A program made the translations under genes and the position numbers. The notes under the pieces were generated by a model. The model was not told the origin of the DNA, made no database searches, and saw only the letters and a list, made by a program, of their open reading frames with translations. Positions 45,634-56,268 of a stretch of DNA of 64,000 bases are shown piece after piece (the stretch's first letter is position 1; each line of letters begins with the position of its first letter). The stretch lies in the NCBI GenBank assembly GCA_964390145.1, contig CAYMHB010000002.1, positions 33,714-97,713 on the forward strand. The letters are read 5' to 3'. The DNA is from an uncultured Oscillospiraceae bacterium. GTDB taxonomy: Bacteria; Bacillota; Clostridia; UMGS1883.

Positions 45634-47727
45634 CTAGAAATCGAAAGATACCTTATCTCCCTCAAGCTTCAGAACTGCCGAGAACGGCTTACCTGTCTTT
45701 TTGGAGATAAAGCCCTCTATTTTGCTTGTCTTCCCGTTTTCGAGAAGCATTTTTACATTTGAAACAGAGATAACTCTGCCGAGTATCACATTATTAACGC
45801 TGAATTTACAACCGTCTTTGTAACGGTCACAACCATAGCCGAATTTCGTACGCACAACATTTCCCTGACACAAGGGGCATTTACCGACAATATCGCCGAT
45901 AAAGCCGTCGTCGGTATCGGTTTCAGCAGATTTTTCTTTCCTGTTAAAGACCTTCTCAATTTCCATTTGCGTAAGAAGGATGCTATCCTTGACGGTAATT
46001 TCGCCCTTATATACCTTTTTAAGCGCCTGACCGAGGTAGGAAGTTTTGTATTTATCCATACTTATTCCCATACGGCTAAGCGATTCTATAAGGTTTTCTC
46101 CGTCGGGGAGAATTGTATATACATCCTTTTTGAGAGAGATGTAATTACTCTTTATCGCGTTTTCGATAATGCCTGTTCTGGTCGCCTCGGTGCCGAGCTC
46201 AAGGCCTTCAAAAATTGCGCGGTATTCCTCCTCGTCATCCTCGCCTTTTGCGTTTGCCTTGTCCTCGCGGAAGGGGTTTTTGAGGTAGTTATTAAGGGTT
46301 TCTATTGTATAGTGTTTGGGCGGCGATGTTTCTTTTTCCTTGGGGGCGAAAGCTACATCAATTATATCGCCTTTTTCAAGGTTGGGAAGGATTTTGTCCT
46401 TTTTGTTGTACTCGTCATATTTTGTCCAGCCTTCCTGAAGGATAACAGTTCCCTTGAGAGTAAATTCCTCCATGCCGCCGACATCTATTTTGATTTCGCT
46501 TTTCTGTGCAACACATTCCTCGCTGCAGAAAACTGCGACAAATCGGCGCATTATTGCCCCATAAACCTTTGCCTCTTCCTCGGAAAGAGCGGTTTTCGAG
46601 GGGATTTTATGCGTGGGTGTAAGCGCTGAATGTGACTCGATTTTGCTATCGTCAAAGATGGTTTTTCCGTCCTTGAATTTGACGGGGTATCCGAGTTTTT
46701 CCACTGCAGAGAGGATTTGTTTTACCTTTCCTTTTTCGGCGGTTGCCATATATTCCGAGTTTGTTCGGGGATATGTAACATAGCCTTTTTCGTAGAGCCC
46801 CTGAACTATGCGAAGGCTCTCATCCATAGGCATTTTGTACTTTTTGCCAAGCACGTTCTGTAGTTTTGTAAGGGAGAAAAGTTTACCCGGTGAAAGAGTA
46901 TCTTTTTTAGTTTTTTTATCTGTTACAACGCCCTTGGTTTCGTTATATTTATCGCACAGTTCCTGCGCTTTTAAAATTTCGTCTTTACTGAATTTTTTCT
47001 TACTTACAAGTTCTATTTCTCCGCCATTTTGCTTGGTTATACTTGTGGGTGCGTAGTATGTTTCTGGAACGAAGTTTCTTATCTGCATATCGCGGTCATA
47101 AATAGCCTTGACAATGGGTACAATAACGCGTCCTACACGCATAAGAGTTCCTGTTTTGAGAGTGGCATAGCGCGTCAGATTCACTCCGTAAAGCCAGTCG
47201 ATAAAAGTACGCGCATAGCCCTCCTTCGCGAGGTTGTCGTAATGTGTTTCGTCCTTCATTTCCGAAAGGCCCTGAAGGATAGTTTCGTTTGTCTGGTCGG
47301 GGAGCCACAATCTTTTGAAGGGTTTATCCCCCACTTCGCTTTTCATAACACAGGTTCTGACGATGATTTCACCTTCGCGGTCAGCATCGCCTGCGTTGAT
47401 GATTTCAGTGACATCGGCGCGGTTACACAGGTCCTTTATAGTCTGAAACTGCTCCAAAACACCGCTGTCAACCTTTTTATCAGAATTCTTTTTGAGTTCA
47501 AACTCAAATTTTTCGGGAAAACATGGTAGGTTTTTCATACTCCAGCGGTTTTCTCCGTCGGGAGACGGGCTATAATGTTCGATATCAGCAAGCGAGAAAA
47601 GATGCCCGAAAGCCCATGTCACAATATAACCCTCGCCCTCAAAGTAGCGGGGGGATTTTTTCATATTCCCTATTGCGCCAGCAATATTTCTCGCAAGGCT
47701 GGGTTTTTCGGCAATGACGAGCTTCAT
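45634..47727 (-). CDS. topB: DNA topoisomerase III
   Basis: MKLVIAEKPS Toprim start, active-site YVTYPRT and C-terminal Cys4 zinc ribbons. Confidence 0.92.
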   Translation of the reverse strand: MKLVIAEKPSLARNIAGAIGNMKKSPRYFEGEGYIVTWAFGHLFSLADIEHYSPSPDGENRWSMKNLPCFPEKFEFELKKNSDKKVDSGVLEQFQTIKDLCNRADVTEIINAGDADREGEIIVRTCVMKSEVGDKPFKRLWLPDQTNETILQGLSEMKDETHYDNLAKEGYARTFIDWLYGVNLTRYATLKTGTLMRVGRVIVPIVKAIYDRDMQIRNFVPETYYAPTSITKQNGGEIELVSKKKFSKDEILKAQELCDKYNETKGVVTDKKTKKDTLSPGKLFSLTKLQNVLGKKYKMPMDESLRIVQGLYEKGYVTYPRTNSEYMATAEKGKVKQILSAVEKLGYPVKFKDGKTIFDDSKIESHSALTPTHKIPSKTALSEEEAKVYGAIMRRFVAVFCSEECVAQKSEIKIDVGGMEEFTLKGTVILQEGWTKYDEYNKKDKILPNLEKGDIIDVAFAPKEKETSPPKHYTIETLNNYLKNPFREDKANAKGEDDEEEYRAIFEGLELGTEATRTGIIENAIKSNYISLKKDVYTILPDGENLIESLSRMGISMDKYKTSYLGQALKKVYKGEITVKDSILLTQMEIEKVFNRKEKSAETDTDDGFIGDIVGKCPLCQGNVVRTKFGYGCDRYKDGCKFSVNNVILGRVISVSNVKMLLENGKTSKIEGFISKKTGKPFSAVLKLEGDKVSFDF

Positions 47728-47735
47728 AACATTCC

Positions 47736-48167
47736 TCACATTCTGAATGCATCTTTTATGATTTCCAGATGAGCATTTTTCAACCTGTTTTCCGTTGCAA
47801 CTGCGTTTATCAGTACAACATCAAAACGCATGGGGGTATCGTAAATTTTGTTTTTCACCGCGTATTGCTGTGCTGTTTTTATTATTCTGCGCTGCTTCCC
47901 CTCATTTATACTGTCTGCAGGAGAACCGAAAGAATTGTTTTTTCTGAGACGCACCTCTATAAAGCAGGTGTAGTCACCGTCTTTTGCAATTATATCAATC
48001 TCGCCCATTTTTGAGCGATAGTTTTTTTCAATTATTTTATAGCCGTTTTTTACAAGTGCCAAAGCGGCAGCTTCCTCGCCAAGTGCGCCAATGGAAACTG
48101 CCGTCTTTTCTTTTTTGTTATACGAATTTTTTGATAAAAGTTTTTCTATGAATTTCACACGGACCAA
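47736..48167 (-). CDS. YraN-family (UPF0102) endonuclease-like protein
   Basis: GEEAAALALVKNGYKIIEKNYR..GEIDIIA..FIEV(R)LR pattern. The start is uncertain because the ORF overlaps the rnhB end by 50 nt. Confidence 0.8.
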   Translation of the reverse strand: MVRVKFIEKLLSKNSYNKKEKTAVSIGALGEEAAALALVKNGYKIIEKNYRSKMGEIDIIAKDGDYTCFIEVRLRKNNSFGSPADSINEGKQRRIIKTAQQYAVKNKIYDTPMRFDVVLINAVATENRLKNAHLEIIKDAFRM

Positions 48168-48741
48168 ACTCCTTTAACGCTTCAATATGCGCTTTTGTGC
48201 CGTATCCCTTGTGCTTTTCAAAGCCGTACTGCGGATATTTTTCTGCCATTTCAAGCATATGGCGGTCACGCGAAACCTTGGCAAGAATTGATGCTGCCGC
48301 GATGCTCATACTCTTTGCGTCACCCTTTACCACGCATTCGTGGGGATAATTACATTCCTTGATACAATCGCCGTCAACAATTACATAGTCGGGTTTAACA
48401 CCAAGTGCCTCGATGGCTCTGTTCATTGCAATATAGGTTGCGTTGCGTATATTAAATTCGTCGATTTCCTCAACACTTGCGGTTGCAACTGCATAGGCGA
48501 GCGCAACGCTCTTTATTTCATCAAAAAGTTTTTCGCGCTTTTTTTCGGAAAGTTTTTTCGAGTCGTTAAGCCCTTCGATACAAATACCTTCAGGGAGAAT
48601 TACCGCCGCTGCATACACCTCGTCCGCAAGGGGACCGCGACCTGCCTCGTCAACGCCTGCGATGGATTTATATCCTTTTTCAGAAAGAGATTTTTCAATC
48701 TCCCACATTGCTTGTATTCTTGCGATTTCTGTATCCTTCAT
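48118..48741 (-). CDS. rnhB: Ribonuclease HII
   Basis: Contains GVDEAGRGPLA and the DSKKLS motif. Confidence 0.93.
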   Translation of the reverse strand: MKDTEIARIQAMWEIEKSLSEKGYKSIAGVDEAGRGPLADEVYAAAVILPEGICIEGLNDSKKLSEKKREKLFDEIKSVALAYAVATASVEEIDEFNIRNATYIAMNRAIEALGVKPDYVIVDGDCIKECNYPHECVVKGDAKSMSIAAASILAKVSRDRHMLEMAEKYPQYGFEKHKGYGTKAHIEALKEFGPCEIHRKTFIKKFV

Positions 48742-48749
48742 AATTCCAC

Positions 48750-49589
48750 CTATTCAAGTGTTATTCTGCCGAGTTTTGCGCCGCGGAATTCGTCGAGTAC
48801 AACATTGGCACCGCGAAGGGTGTCAACCTCGTTCCCTTTCAAGATAAATCCGCGTTTTCTTGAAATGAGCGTCAGTATATCGTAGCCTGAAAGCCCTTCT
48901 TCAAGTTCCACTTTATAGCGTTCTTTAAGTCTTTCGGGGTAATTTTCCGCCATATATGAGCAAAGATGCGAACAAAGTTCCTCAACATCAAGCACATCGT
49001 CCTTGATTGCACCTGTAAATGCAAGGCGGAGTGCAACATCCTTGTCCTCAAATTTGGGCCACAAGATACCGGGGGTGTCAAGAAGTTCCATTCCGTTTTT
49101 AAGGGTTATCCACTGCTTACCCCTTGTAACACCGGGTTTGTCGCCTGCTTTTGCCGCAGTTTTTCCGTAAAGCTTATTTATAAACGAGCTTTTGCCGACA
49201 TTGGGTATTCCGCATACCATAACGCGAGCAGGTTTATTGACATAGCCTCGTGCCTTATCACGCTCGGTCTTTTCCTTTAAAAGTTCCTTTACTGCATCAA
49301 AAACCTTACCTATTCCCTTGGCATCGTTTGAGCAGATTGCGATTGCCATAATTCCTTCACTTTTAAAGCGTTCAATCCATTTTTGTGTTTCTACGGGGTC
49401 TGCAATATCGCTCTTATTTATAACTAAAAGAAGTTTTTTGTTTCCTATAAGAGAAGGAAGAAGGGGATTTCGGCTGCTCTGCGGACAACGCGCGTCGCAA
49501 AGCTCGATAACACAGTCGCAAAGGCGTATGTGCTCTGCAATCATACGCTTGGTCTTGGTCATATGCCCCGGAAACCACTGTATATTCAT
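48750..49589 (-). CDS. rbgA: Ribosome biogenesis GTPase A (YlqF)
   Basis: MNIQWFPGHM start and a circularly permuted GTPase (NKSD before GIPNVGKSS). Confidence 0.93.
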   Translation of the reverse strand: MNIQWFPGHMTKTKRMIAEHIRLCDCVIELCDARCPQSSRNPLLPSLIGNKKLLLVINKSDIADPVETQKWIERFKSEGIMAIAICSNDAKGIGKVFDAVKELLKEKTERDKARGYVNKPARVMVCGIPNVGKSSFINKLYGKTAAKAGDKPGVTRGKQWITLKNGMELLDTPGILWPKFEDKDVALRLAFTGAIKDDVLDVEELCSHLCSYMAENYPERLKERYKVELEEGLSGYDILTLISRKRGFILKGNEVDTLRGANVVLDEFRGAKLGRITLE

Positions 49590-49622
49590 ACTGCATCCTC
49601 CTTTTCTTTTCGGTGTAGTTTT

Positions 49623-50222
49623 TTAGTAGGTTTCTATCTTGTTAAAAGGCCAGAAGCGAAGCACTGCCTTTCCTACAATCTGTTTTTCACTGAAATAGCC
49701 TATTGCTCTGCTGTCTTTTGAATTATTTCGGTTGTCACCTAAAACAAACACGCAGTCTTTGGGTACATCAAATTCAGTCGGCATAGGAGTACCATCATCT
49801 CTCAGAAACACCCTCTCAACCATAGGCTCGCCAAGATAAGGCTCGTCAAGTTCTTCCCCGTCAACATAGACAGCGTTTGTATCATAGTCAATTTCTACAT
49901 GCTGACCTTCCGACGCTATAACTCTCTTAATCCAGTAAACATTTTCGTTTTCTCCCGGAGGATTGAATACTACGATATCTCCGTTTTCAGGTTCGTACCC
50001 AAGGCGCCATACAATAAGACGGTCGCCGTGCTGATGTGTAGGCTCCATAGACTGCCCGTCAACACGCACAACAGTAAATACAAAATTACGTATTATAAGA
50101 GCAAGCACAACAGCAATTACGATTGCCTGAACCCACTCCAAAAGCTCTTTCGCTGCGCTTTTTTTAGGGGGCTGTTCTGTTTCAAGCTCTCCCTGATTTA
50201 AGTTTATGTTTTTATCTTCCAT
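49623..50222 (-). CDS. lepB: Signal peptidase I
   Basis: N-terminal TM helix with SMEPT, KRVIA and GDNRNNSKDSR motifs. Confidence 0.92.
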   Translation of the reverse strand: MEDKNINLNQGELETEQPPKKSAAKELLEWVQAIVIAVVLALIIRNFVFTVVRVDGQSMEPTHQHGDRLIVWRLGYEPENGDIVVFNPPGENENVYWIKRVIASEGQHVEIDYDTNAVYVDGEELDEPYLGEPMVERVFLRDDGTPMPTEFDVPKDCVFVLGDNRNNSKDSRAIGYFSEKQIVGKAVLRFWPFNKIETY

Positions 50223-50253
50223 TTTTAAATCCTCCCCTCATTTTAGGAAAATG

Positions 50254-50284
50254 AAAAAGGGAATCTGCCGTGTGACAGACTCCC
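50254..50284 (-). terminator. Rho-independent terminator after rplS
   Basis: GGGAGUCUG/CAGAUUCCC stem (one G-U pair) followed by UUUUU on the minus strand. Confidence 0.6.
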
Positions 50285-50295
50285 TCTCTTGACTA

Positions 50296-50637
50296 TTAAA
50301 GTCTTTCCTTAACTTTAGCTGCCTTACCAACTCTGTCACGCAGATAGTACAGTTTAGCACGCTTAACCTTACCGTGTCTTACAACCTCAATATGATCAAG
50401 GCTGGGTGAATTAACAGGGAATGTTCTTTCAACACCGACACCGTATGAAAGACGTCTTACAGTAAATGTTTCCTGAATGCCGCCATGCTTCTTAGAGATA
50501 ACGGTACCCTCAAACATCTGAAGTCTTTCCTTTGCACCTTCCTTAACCTTTACATACAGCTTTACATAATCACCGATTTCAAGTTTGGGAAGGTCAGTTC
50601 TGATCTGTTCCTGAGTAATCGCCTTTAAAACGTCCAC
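50296..50637 (-). CDS. rplS: 50S ribosomal protein L19
   Basis: 113 aa with a GTG start and the pattern ..[25 protein letters not shown].. Confidence 0.96.
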   Translation of the reverse strand: MDVLKAITQEQIRTDLPKLEIGDYVKLYVKVKEGAKERLQMFEGTVISKKHGGIQETFTVRRLSYGVGVERTFPVNSPSLDHIEVVRHGKVKRAKLYYLRDRVGKAAKVKERL

Positions 50638-50728
50638 TCAAATCTCTCCTTTCATAACCCACCGTACTGGCGGTAAAAATAAAGCGTTCGTACGAAAGAA
50701 ATGCAGAGGACCGCTTTTTACCCGACTA

Positions 50729-51058
50729 CTATATCACACTCTTTTTGCAAATGCAAGTGTTTTTTTCTATTTTTTCAAAGTTTTTGTCTTCTATAATATC
50801 TGTAAGGGTTGTAGGGGTAACAAGCCCTGTTGCAAGCATATTTATAAAATGTTCTGCCTCGCCTTTTACAGGGAAAATGTTATCTACGATTTTCCTTTCC
50901 TTCACGGTTCTCCTGTGTGCGCTTTGCGTGTACATATCAATTCCCACGCCGTAGTAACCGTCTTCCCCTTTTGTTATGAAATAGCAAAGATAGATTTTGT
51001 CTCCGATTTCGTTTTGTGCTTCCTTTTGCACGATGTATTTTTGTTTCACACCCGTCAC
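50729..51058 (-). CDS. Hypothetical protein
   Basis: 109-aa ORF with coding-like composition. No family recognised. Confidence 0.5.
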   Translation of the reverse strand: MTGVKQKYIVQKEAQNEIGDKIYLCYFITKGEDGYYGVGIDMYTQSAHRRTVKERKIVDNIFPVKGEAEHFINMLATGLVTPTTLTDIIEDKNFEKIEKNTCICKKSVI

Positions 51059-51276
51059 TCCCTCTCTGATTGAATTTTATATCGTCAAAAGCCTGAATTC
51101 AACAGTCGCTTTTTCCCGCCCTTTCGCAGTATAAATTTTACATATTTTTCCAGTTGTTTTCAATAGGTTTCTTTGTCTTTTTTTACATAAGAATTAACTA
51201 TTGTGTAATATTTTGACGCAGTAAAGCCATTTATAAAAATTTTCCGCAATCAATTCCGCATAAACATATTTTTTCC

Positions 51277-51305
51277 TTGAAAAAAAGCCTACATTATATT
51301 ATAAT
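51277..51305 (+). promoter_or_regulatory. Sigma-A type promoter for ygiQ
   Basis: TTGAAA, 17-bp spacer, TATAAT. Confidence 0.5.
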
Positions 51306-51327
51306 GTAATATTGAGGGATTAGAACT

Positions 51328-53220
51328 ATGAATAGTGAATTTTTACCGATTTCAAAAGCAGATATGGATGCTCGGGGTTGGGATTATTACGACTTCCTTT
51401 TTATATCGGGAGACGCGTATGTTGACCACCCGTCGTTCGGCACGAGTCTTCTCGCAAGACTGCTTGAGGCAAATGGTTACAGAGTATGTATATGTCCTCA
51501 ACCCGACAGAAACGACCCCGAGGCAATTTCACGTTTTGGAGCACCGCGTCTTGGCGTTCTTATTTCGGGTGGTGTTATCGATTCGATGGTAAATCACTAC
51601 ACCGCATCGAAGAAAAAGCGCTCGTCCGATGTGTATTCCCCCGGTGGAAAGGCAGGACTGCGCCCCGACAGATGCGTTATCGTATATTCAAATATGGCGC
51701 GTGCGGCGTTTGGCGATATTCCCGTAATTATCGGCGGTACAGAGGCGAGTTTACGCCGTTTTGCTCATTATGACTACTGGCAGGATAAGGTGCGTCACAG
51801 TATTTTAGTTGACAGCGGTGCAGATATGCTTGTATTCGGTATGGGTGAGCGCACACTTTTAGCCCTTGCTGAAAAACTTTCTGATTCTATTCCCATAAAC
51901 CGTATAACGAATCTTCACGGTACTTGCTATATTTCGAACAAGGTGCCGAAAAACTCAGTCACTCTCCCATCGTTTGAAAAGGTGTGCGAGGATAGGGAAA
52001 GTTATGCAAGAGCCGCGGCGATGCAGTATTATGAGCAGGACGCGGTTCGCGGTAAACCCCTTGTGCAGCAACATGGGGACAAGTACCTTGTACAGCTCCC
52101 TCAGGCTATGCCGCTTTCCGAAAAGGAAATGGACAGGGTTTACGCCCTTAATTATATGCGTGCGTGGCATCCCGTCTACGATAAGGACGGCGGTATTCCC
52201 GCTCTTGAAGAAGTTAAATTTTCAATCACATCCTCACGCGGATGTTTCGGCAGTTGCTCGTTTTGCGCGCTGACTTTTCATCAGGGCAGAGTCGTTCAGG
52301 CGAGAAGTCAGGCATCTATTTTAGCTGAGGCACAAAAACTTATATGGGATAAGGATTTCAAGGGTTACATTCACGACGTTGGCGGTCCTACGGCAAATTT
52401 CCGTGCTCCTGCGTGTAAAAAGCAACTCAAAAGCGGTACATGTCGTGACAGGCAGTGTCTTTACCCGTCAGTTTGTCCTAATGCAGAGGTAAGTCATAAG
52501 GATTATCTTGAACTACTGCGAAAACTCCGTGCACTTCCTAAAGTAAAAAAAGTATTCATCCGTAGCGGTATCCGTTACGACTATCTTACAGCAGACAAGG
52601 ATGACAGTTTCTTTTACGAATTGTGCGAGCACCATGTAAGCGGTCAGCTTAAGGTCGCACCCGAGCATATAAGCAGTAATGTTCTGCACTATATGGGAAA
52701 ACCCGGTGTGAAGGTTTACGAAAAATTCTGCCGTAAGTTTTATGACATCAATAAAGAAATCGGCAAGGAACAATATCTTGTTCCCTATCTGATGTCAAGT
52801 CATCCCGGAAGTACGCTTCGCGATGCGATAGAGCTTGCGGTATATCTTAAGAAAAACAATATTCGTCCCGAGCAGGTGCAGGACTTCTACCCTACTCCGG
52901 GGACTCTTTCGACGGCGATGTTCTACACGGGGCTTGACCCGAGAACGATGAAAAAGGTGTATGTGCCGCGTGATGCTCACGAAAAGGCACTTCAAAGGGC
53001 ACTTTTGCAGTCGTCAAAAAAAGAGAATTATAAATTGGTGCAGGAAGCACTTATAAAATCAGGCAGAGCCGACCTTATAGGTTTCGGCCCTGAATGTCTT
53101 ATAAAGCCTGAAAGGAGAAATACAAATGGCAGCACAGATTTTAAACGGAAAGGAACTCTCAATAAAAATCAAAGAGGACCTCAGAAAAAAGACGGAAACA
53201 TTAAAGGCAGAAGGCATTAA
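51328..53220 (+). CDS. ygiQ: YgiQ-family (UPF0313) radical SAM protein
   Basis: 630 aa. N-terminal YgiQ domain ([14 protein letters not shown]), CFGSCSFC cluster and a basic C-terminal tail. Confidence 0.9.
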   Translation: MNSEFLPISKADMDARGWDYYDFLFISGDAYVDHPSFGTSLLARLLEANGYRVCICPQPDRNDPEAISRFGAPRLGVLISGGVIDSMVNHYTASKKKRSSDVYSPGGKAGLRPDRCVIVYSNMARAAFGDIPVIIGGTEASLRRFAHYDYWQDKVRHSILVDSGADMLVFGMGERTLLALAEKLSDSIPINRITNLHGTCYISNKVPKNSVTLPSFEKVCEDRESYARAAAMQYYEQDAVRGKPLVQQHGDKYLVQLPQAMPLSEKEMDRVYALNYMRAWHPVYDKDGGIPALEEVKFSITSSRGCFGSCSFCALTFHQGRVVQARSQASILAEAQKLIWDKDFKGYIHDVGGPTANFRAPACKKQLKSGTCRDRQCLYPSVCPNAEVSHKDYLELLRKLRALPKVKKVFIRSGIRYDYLTADKDDSFFYELCEHHVSGQLKVAPEHISSNVLHYMGKPGVKVYEKFCRKFYDINKEIGKEQYLVPYLMSSHPGSTLRDAIELAVYLKKNNIRPEQVQDFYPTPGTLSTAMFYTGLDPRTMKKVYVPRDAHEKALQRALLQSSKKENYKLVQEALIKSGRADLIGFGPECLIKPERRNTNGSTDFKRKGTLNKNQRGPQKKDGNIKGRRH

Positions 53221-53977
53221 CCCCGGACTTGCAGTAATTATCGTAGGTGACGACCCTGCCAGCCGAGTTTATGTTAATAATAAAAAGAAGGCTTGTGGAG
53301 AATGCGGATTCTATTCCGAGGAATATGCTCTTCCCAAGGAAACTACCGAGGAAGAACTTCTTGCCCTTATTGATACACTCAACAACAAAAAGGAAGTCAA
53401 TGGAATTTTAGTACAACTTCCTCTTCCCAAGGGCATTGATAGTGAGAAGGTTCTTCTTGCAATTCGTCCCGAAAAGGATGTTGACGCATTCCATCCCGTA
53501 AATGTGGGCAAAATCATGATTGGTAATTTCGATTTCCTCCCCTGTACACCTGCAGGTGTTATGGAGCTTATCCGCCTGACAAACATTGATGTATGCGGAA
53601 AAGAGTGTGTCGTTGTAGGCAGAAGTAATATCGTGGGCAAGCCACAGGCGATGCTTCTTCTTCACGAAAACGGTACTGTTACAATTTGTCACAGCCGCAC
53701 GAAGAACCTTAAGGAAGTTTGCAGACGCGCAGACATTCTTGTTGCGGCAGTAGGTAAGGCAAAATTCATTACTGCCGATATGGTCAAGGAAGGTGCCATT
53801 GTAATTGATGTCGGTATGAACCGTGACGAAAATGGAAAGCTTTGCGGTGATGTTGATTACGACAAAGTATGCGAGGTTGCAAGTGCAATTACACCCGTTC
53901 CCGGCGGCGTTGGTCCTATGACAATAGCAATGCTTATGAAGAATACACTCAAGGCTGCCGAAATTCAAAACAAATAA
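53126..53977 (+). CDS. folD: Bifunctional methylene-THF dehydrogenase / methenyl-THF cyclohydrolase
   Basis: Contains [23 protein letters not shown] and [10 protein letters not shown] motifs. AAAGGAGA RBS. Confidence 0.95.
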   Translation: MAAQILNGKELSIKIKEDLRKKTETLKAEGINPGLAVIIVGDDPASRVYVNNKKKACGECGFYSEEYALPKETTEEELLALIDTLNNKKEVNGILVQLPLPKGIDSEKVLLAIRPEKDVDAFHPVNVGKIMIGNFDFLPCTPAGVMELIRLTNIDVCGKECVVVGRSNIVGKPQAMLLLHENGTVTICHSRTKNLKEVCRRADILVAAVGKAKFITADMVKEGAIVIDVGMNRDENGKLCGDVDYDKVCEVASAITPVPGGVGPMTIAMLMKNTLKAAEIQNK

Positions 53978-53992
53978 ACGGAGGATATCCAG

Positions 53993-55975
53993 ATGGCGAA
54001 GAAAACCTACGGTAATGAAAGTATTACCGCGCTGAAGGGTGCTGACCGAGTTCGTAAAAGACCAGGTGTTATTTTCGGTTCTGACGGACTTGAAGGTTGT
54101 GAGCACAGCGTATTTGAAATAGTGTCAAACTCCATTGACGAAGCCAAGGAAGGCTACGGCAAGGTTATTGAAGTTACCCGTTTTAACGATATGTCCGTAG
54201 AGATTAAGGACTATGGTCGCGGAATTCCGCTTGACTGGAATCCCAAGGAAGAAAAGTACAACTGGGAGCTTGTTTTCTGCGAACTTTACGCAGGCGGTAA
54301 ATATGACAAGGAAGCGGACGGAAACTACGGCTATGCAATCGGTCTTAACGGACTTGGTCTGTGTGCTACGCAGTACAGTGCCGAGTATATGAATGTTACC
54401 GTTAACCGCGACGGGTATGAACATACGCTCTATTTCGAAAAGGGCGAAAATGTAGGCGGTCTGTTCAAAGAAGAAAAGAAGTACCGTTCAACGGGAACTA
54501 CCATAAAGTGGCGTCCCGACCTTGAAGTATTTACCGACATAAATATCCCGATTGATTTCTTTATCGAGTCACTTAAAAGACAGGCAGTTGTAAATGCAGG
54601 TCTTACATTCAAACTCAACTATCATAACGGAAGTGAAGTTATAAAACACGAATTCCGTTACGACAACGGTATCGTTGACTACATCAATGAGCTTTGCCCC
54701 GAAGATGAAAAGCGTATTTCAAACACCGCATTCTGCGAGGGCGAAAGTACAGGCCGCGACCGTGAGGATATGAAGGATTACAAGGTTAAGATGAGTGCGG
54801 CGTTTGCATTTTCAAACGATGTTCAGCTGATTGAATATTACCATAATTCAAGCTATCTTGAGCATGGCGGAGCGCCCGACAAGGCGGCAAGAAGTGCCCT
54901 TGTAAGCGCTGTTGATTCATATATCAAGCAGAACAACAAATATAACAAGAACGAATCAAAGATTACATTTAACGATATTTCCGACAGTTTAATTCTGGTA
55001 ACTAACTGTTTCTCGACGGTTGTAAGTTATGAAAACCAGACGAAAAAGAGTATTACAAATAAATTCATCCAGGAAGCGATGACAGATTTCCTTCGCAAGA
55101 ATCTTGAAATATTCTTTATCGAAAACCGTCCCGAAGCGGAAAAGATTACAAATCAGGTTCTTCTTAATAAGAGAAGCCGCGAAACTGCTGAAAAGACACG
55201 TGCAAACATCAAGAAGAAGCTGACTGGCACAATGGATGTCACAAACCGTGTACAGAAGTTTGTTGATTGCAGAACAAAGGAAGTATCACGGCGCGAACTT
55301 TATATAGTTGAGGGCGATAGTGCGCTCGGTGCTTGTAAGCTTGGCAGAGATGCAGAGTTTCAGGCAATCATCCCCGTACGAGGTAAAATTCTTAACTGTC
55401 TTAAGGCGGACTTTGAAAAGATTTTCAAAAGCGAAATTATAACTGACCTTCTGAAAGTTCTTGGCTGCGGTGTTGAAATTCATACAAAGCATAATAAGGA
55501 TATGAACGCTTTTGACATCAATAATCTGCGTTGGGATAAAGTTATTATCTGTACCGATGCCGATGTAGACGGTTTCCAGATCCGCACACTTATACTGACA
55601 ATGCTTTACCGCCTTGTTCCCACATTGATTGACGAGGGCAAGGTTTTCATAGCTGAATCTCCACTTTTTGAAATCACATATAAGGATAATTCATATTTTG
55701 CGTACAATGAGCGCGAAAAGGTCGAAATCCTCGCAAATCTTCCCGAAAAAGGTGTAAGTATTCAGCGCAGTAAGGGTCTTGGTGAAAACCAGCCTGATAT
55801 GATGTGGCAGACTACAATGAATCCTGAGACGCGCAGGCTTATAAAGGTTAAAAGCGAGGACCCCGAAAAGATGGCGGCAACATTTGATTTACTCCTTGGC
55901 GATAATCTTCAGGGTAGAAAAGAATTTATTTCCGAGAACGGTAAACTCTATATTGATATGACAGACGTAAGTTAA
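53993..55975 (+). CDS. Type IIA topoisomerase B subunit (ParE/GyrB-like, divergent N-terminus)
   Basis: GHKL motifs (EIVSNSIDE, GLNGLG) and Toprim motifs (VEGDSA, PVRGKILN, CTDADVDG). No A subunit is adjacent. Confidence 0.88.
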   Translation: MAKKTYGNESITALKGADRVRKRPGVIFGSDGLEGCEHSVFEIVSNSIDEAKEGYGKVIEVTRFNDMSVEIKDYGRGIPLDWNPKEEKYNWELVFCELYAGGKYDKEADGNYGYAIGLNGLGLCATQYSAEYMNVTVNRDGYEHTLYFEKGENVGGLFKEEKKYRSTGTTIKWRPDLEVFTDINIPIDFFIESLKRQAVVNAGLTFKLNYHNGSEVIKHEFRYDNGIVDYINELCPEDEKRISNTAFCEGESTGRDREDMKDYKVKMSAAFAFSNDVQLIEYYHNSSYLEHGGAPDKAARSALVSAVDSYIKQNNKYNKNESKITFNDISDSLILVTNCFSTVVSYENQTKKSITNKFIQEAMTDFLRKNLEIFFIENRPEAEKITNQVLLNKRSRETAEKTRANIKKKLTGTMDVTNRVQKFVDCRTKEVSRRELYIVEGDSALGACKLGRDAEFQAIIPVRGKILNCLKADFEKIFKSEIITDLLKVLGCGVEIHTKHNKDMNAFDINNLRWDKVIICTDADVDGFQIRTLILTMLYRLVPTLIDEGKVFIAESPLFEITYKDNSYFAYNEREKVEILANLPEKGVSIQRSKGLGENQPDMMWQTTMNPETRRLIKVKSEDPEKMAATFDLLLGDNLQGRKEFISENGKLYIDMTDVS

Positions 55976-56065
55976 GGTGGATGAAAAATGGCACCGACCG
56001 TTTATCGGCAAAAGTTATTAGAACTAAATTTATCTAAAAGCATAAAGTTATATATTTTAGCAGTT

Positions 56066-56100
56066 GGAATCCGCAAAAAATCGCGGATTCCTTTTGTTTT
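56066..56100 (+). terminator. Rho-independent terminator after the topoisomerase B gene
   Basis: GGAATCCGC/GCGGATTCC stem followed by TTTTGTTTT. Confidence 0.65.
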
Positions 56101-56113
56101 GTGCTGATAAACT

Positions 56114-56184
56114 ACGAACAAACTTCGCCTCTCGACGTACCTTTGTACGCCTTCGGGAAGTCCTGCGGACCGCAGTTTGTCCGT
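56114..56184. repeat. Intergenic inverted-repeat hairpin element (arms ACGAACAAACT/AGTTTGTCCGT)
   Basis: The arms pair at 10 of 11 positions. The interior core CGTACCTTTGTACGCC (56136-56151) matches the core at 14015-14030. Confidence 0.7.
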
Positions 56185-56231
56185 TCTGTACCATTTTTGC
56201 TCCACCTTTATATTGCGGAAAAATCTTAAAA

Positions 56232-56268
56232 AGAAATTCCCAAAACGGGAATTTCTTTTTTTGTTTTT
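56232..56268 (+). terminator. Intrinsic terminator-like hairpin in the leader of the DUF421 operon
   Basis: AGAAATTCCC/GGGAATTTCT stem followed by TTTTTTTGTTTTT, ending 22 nt before the ATG at 56290. Confidence 0.6.
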
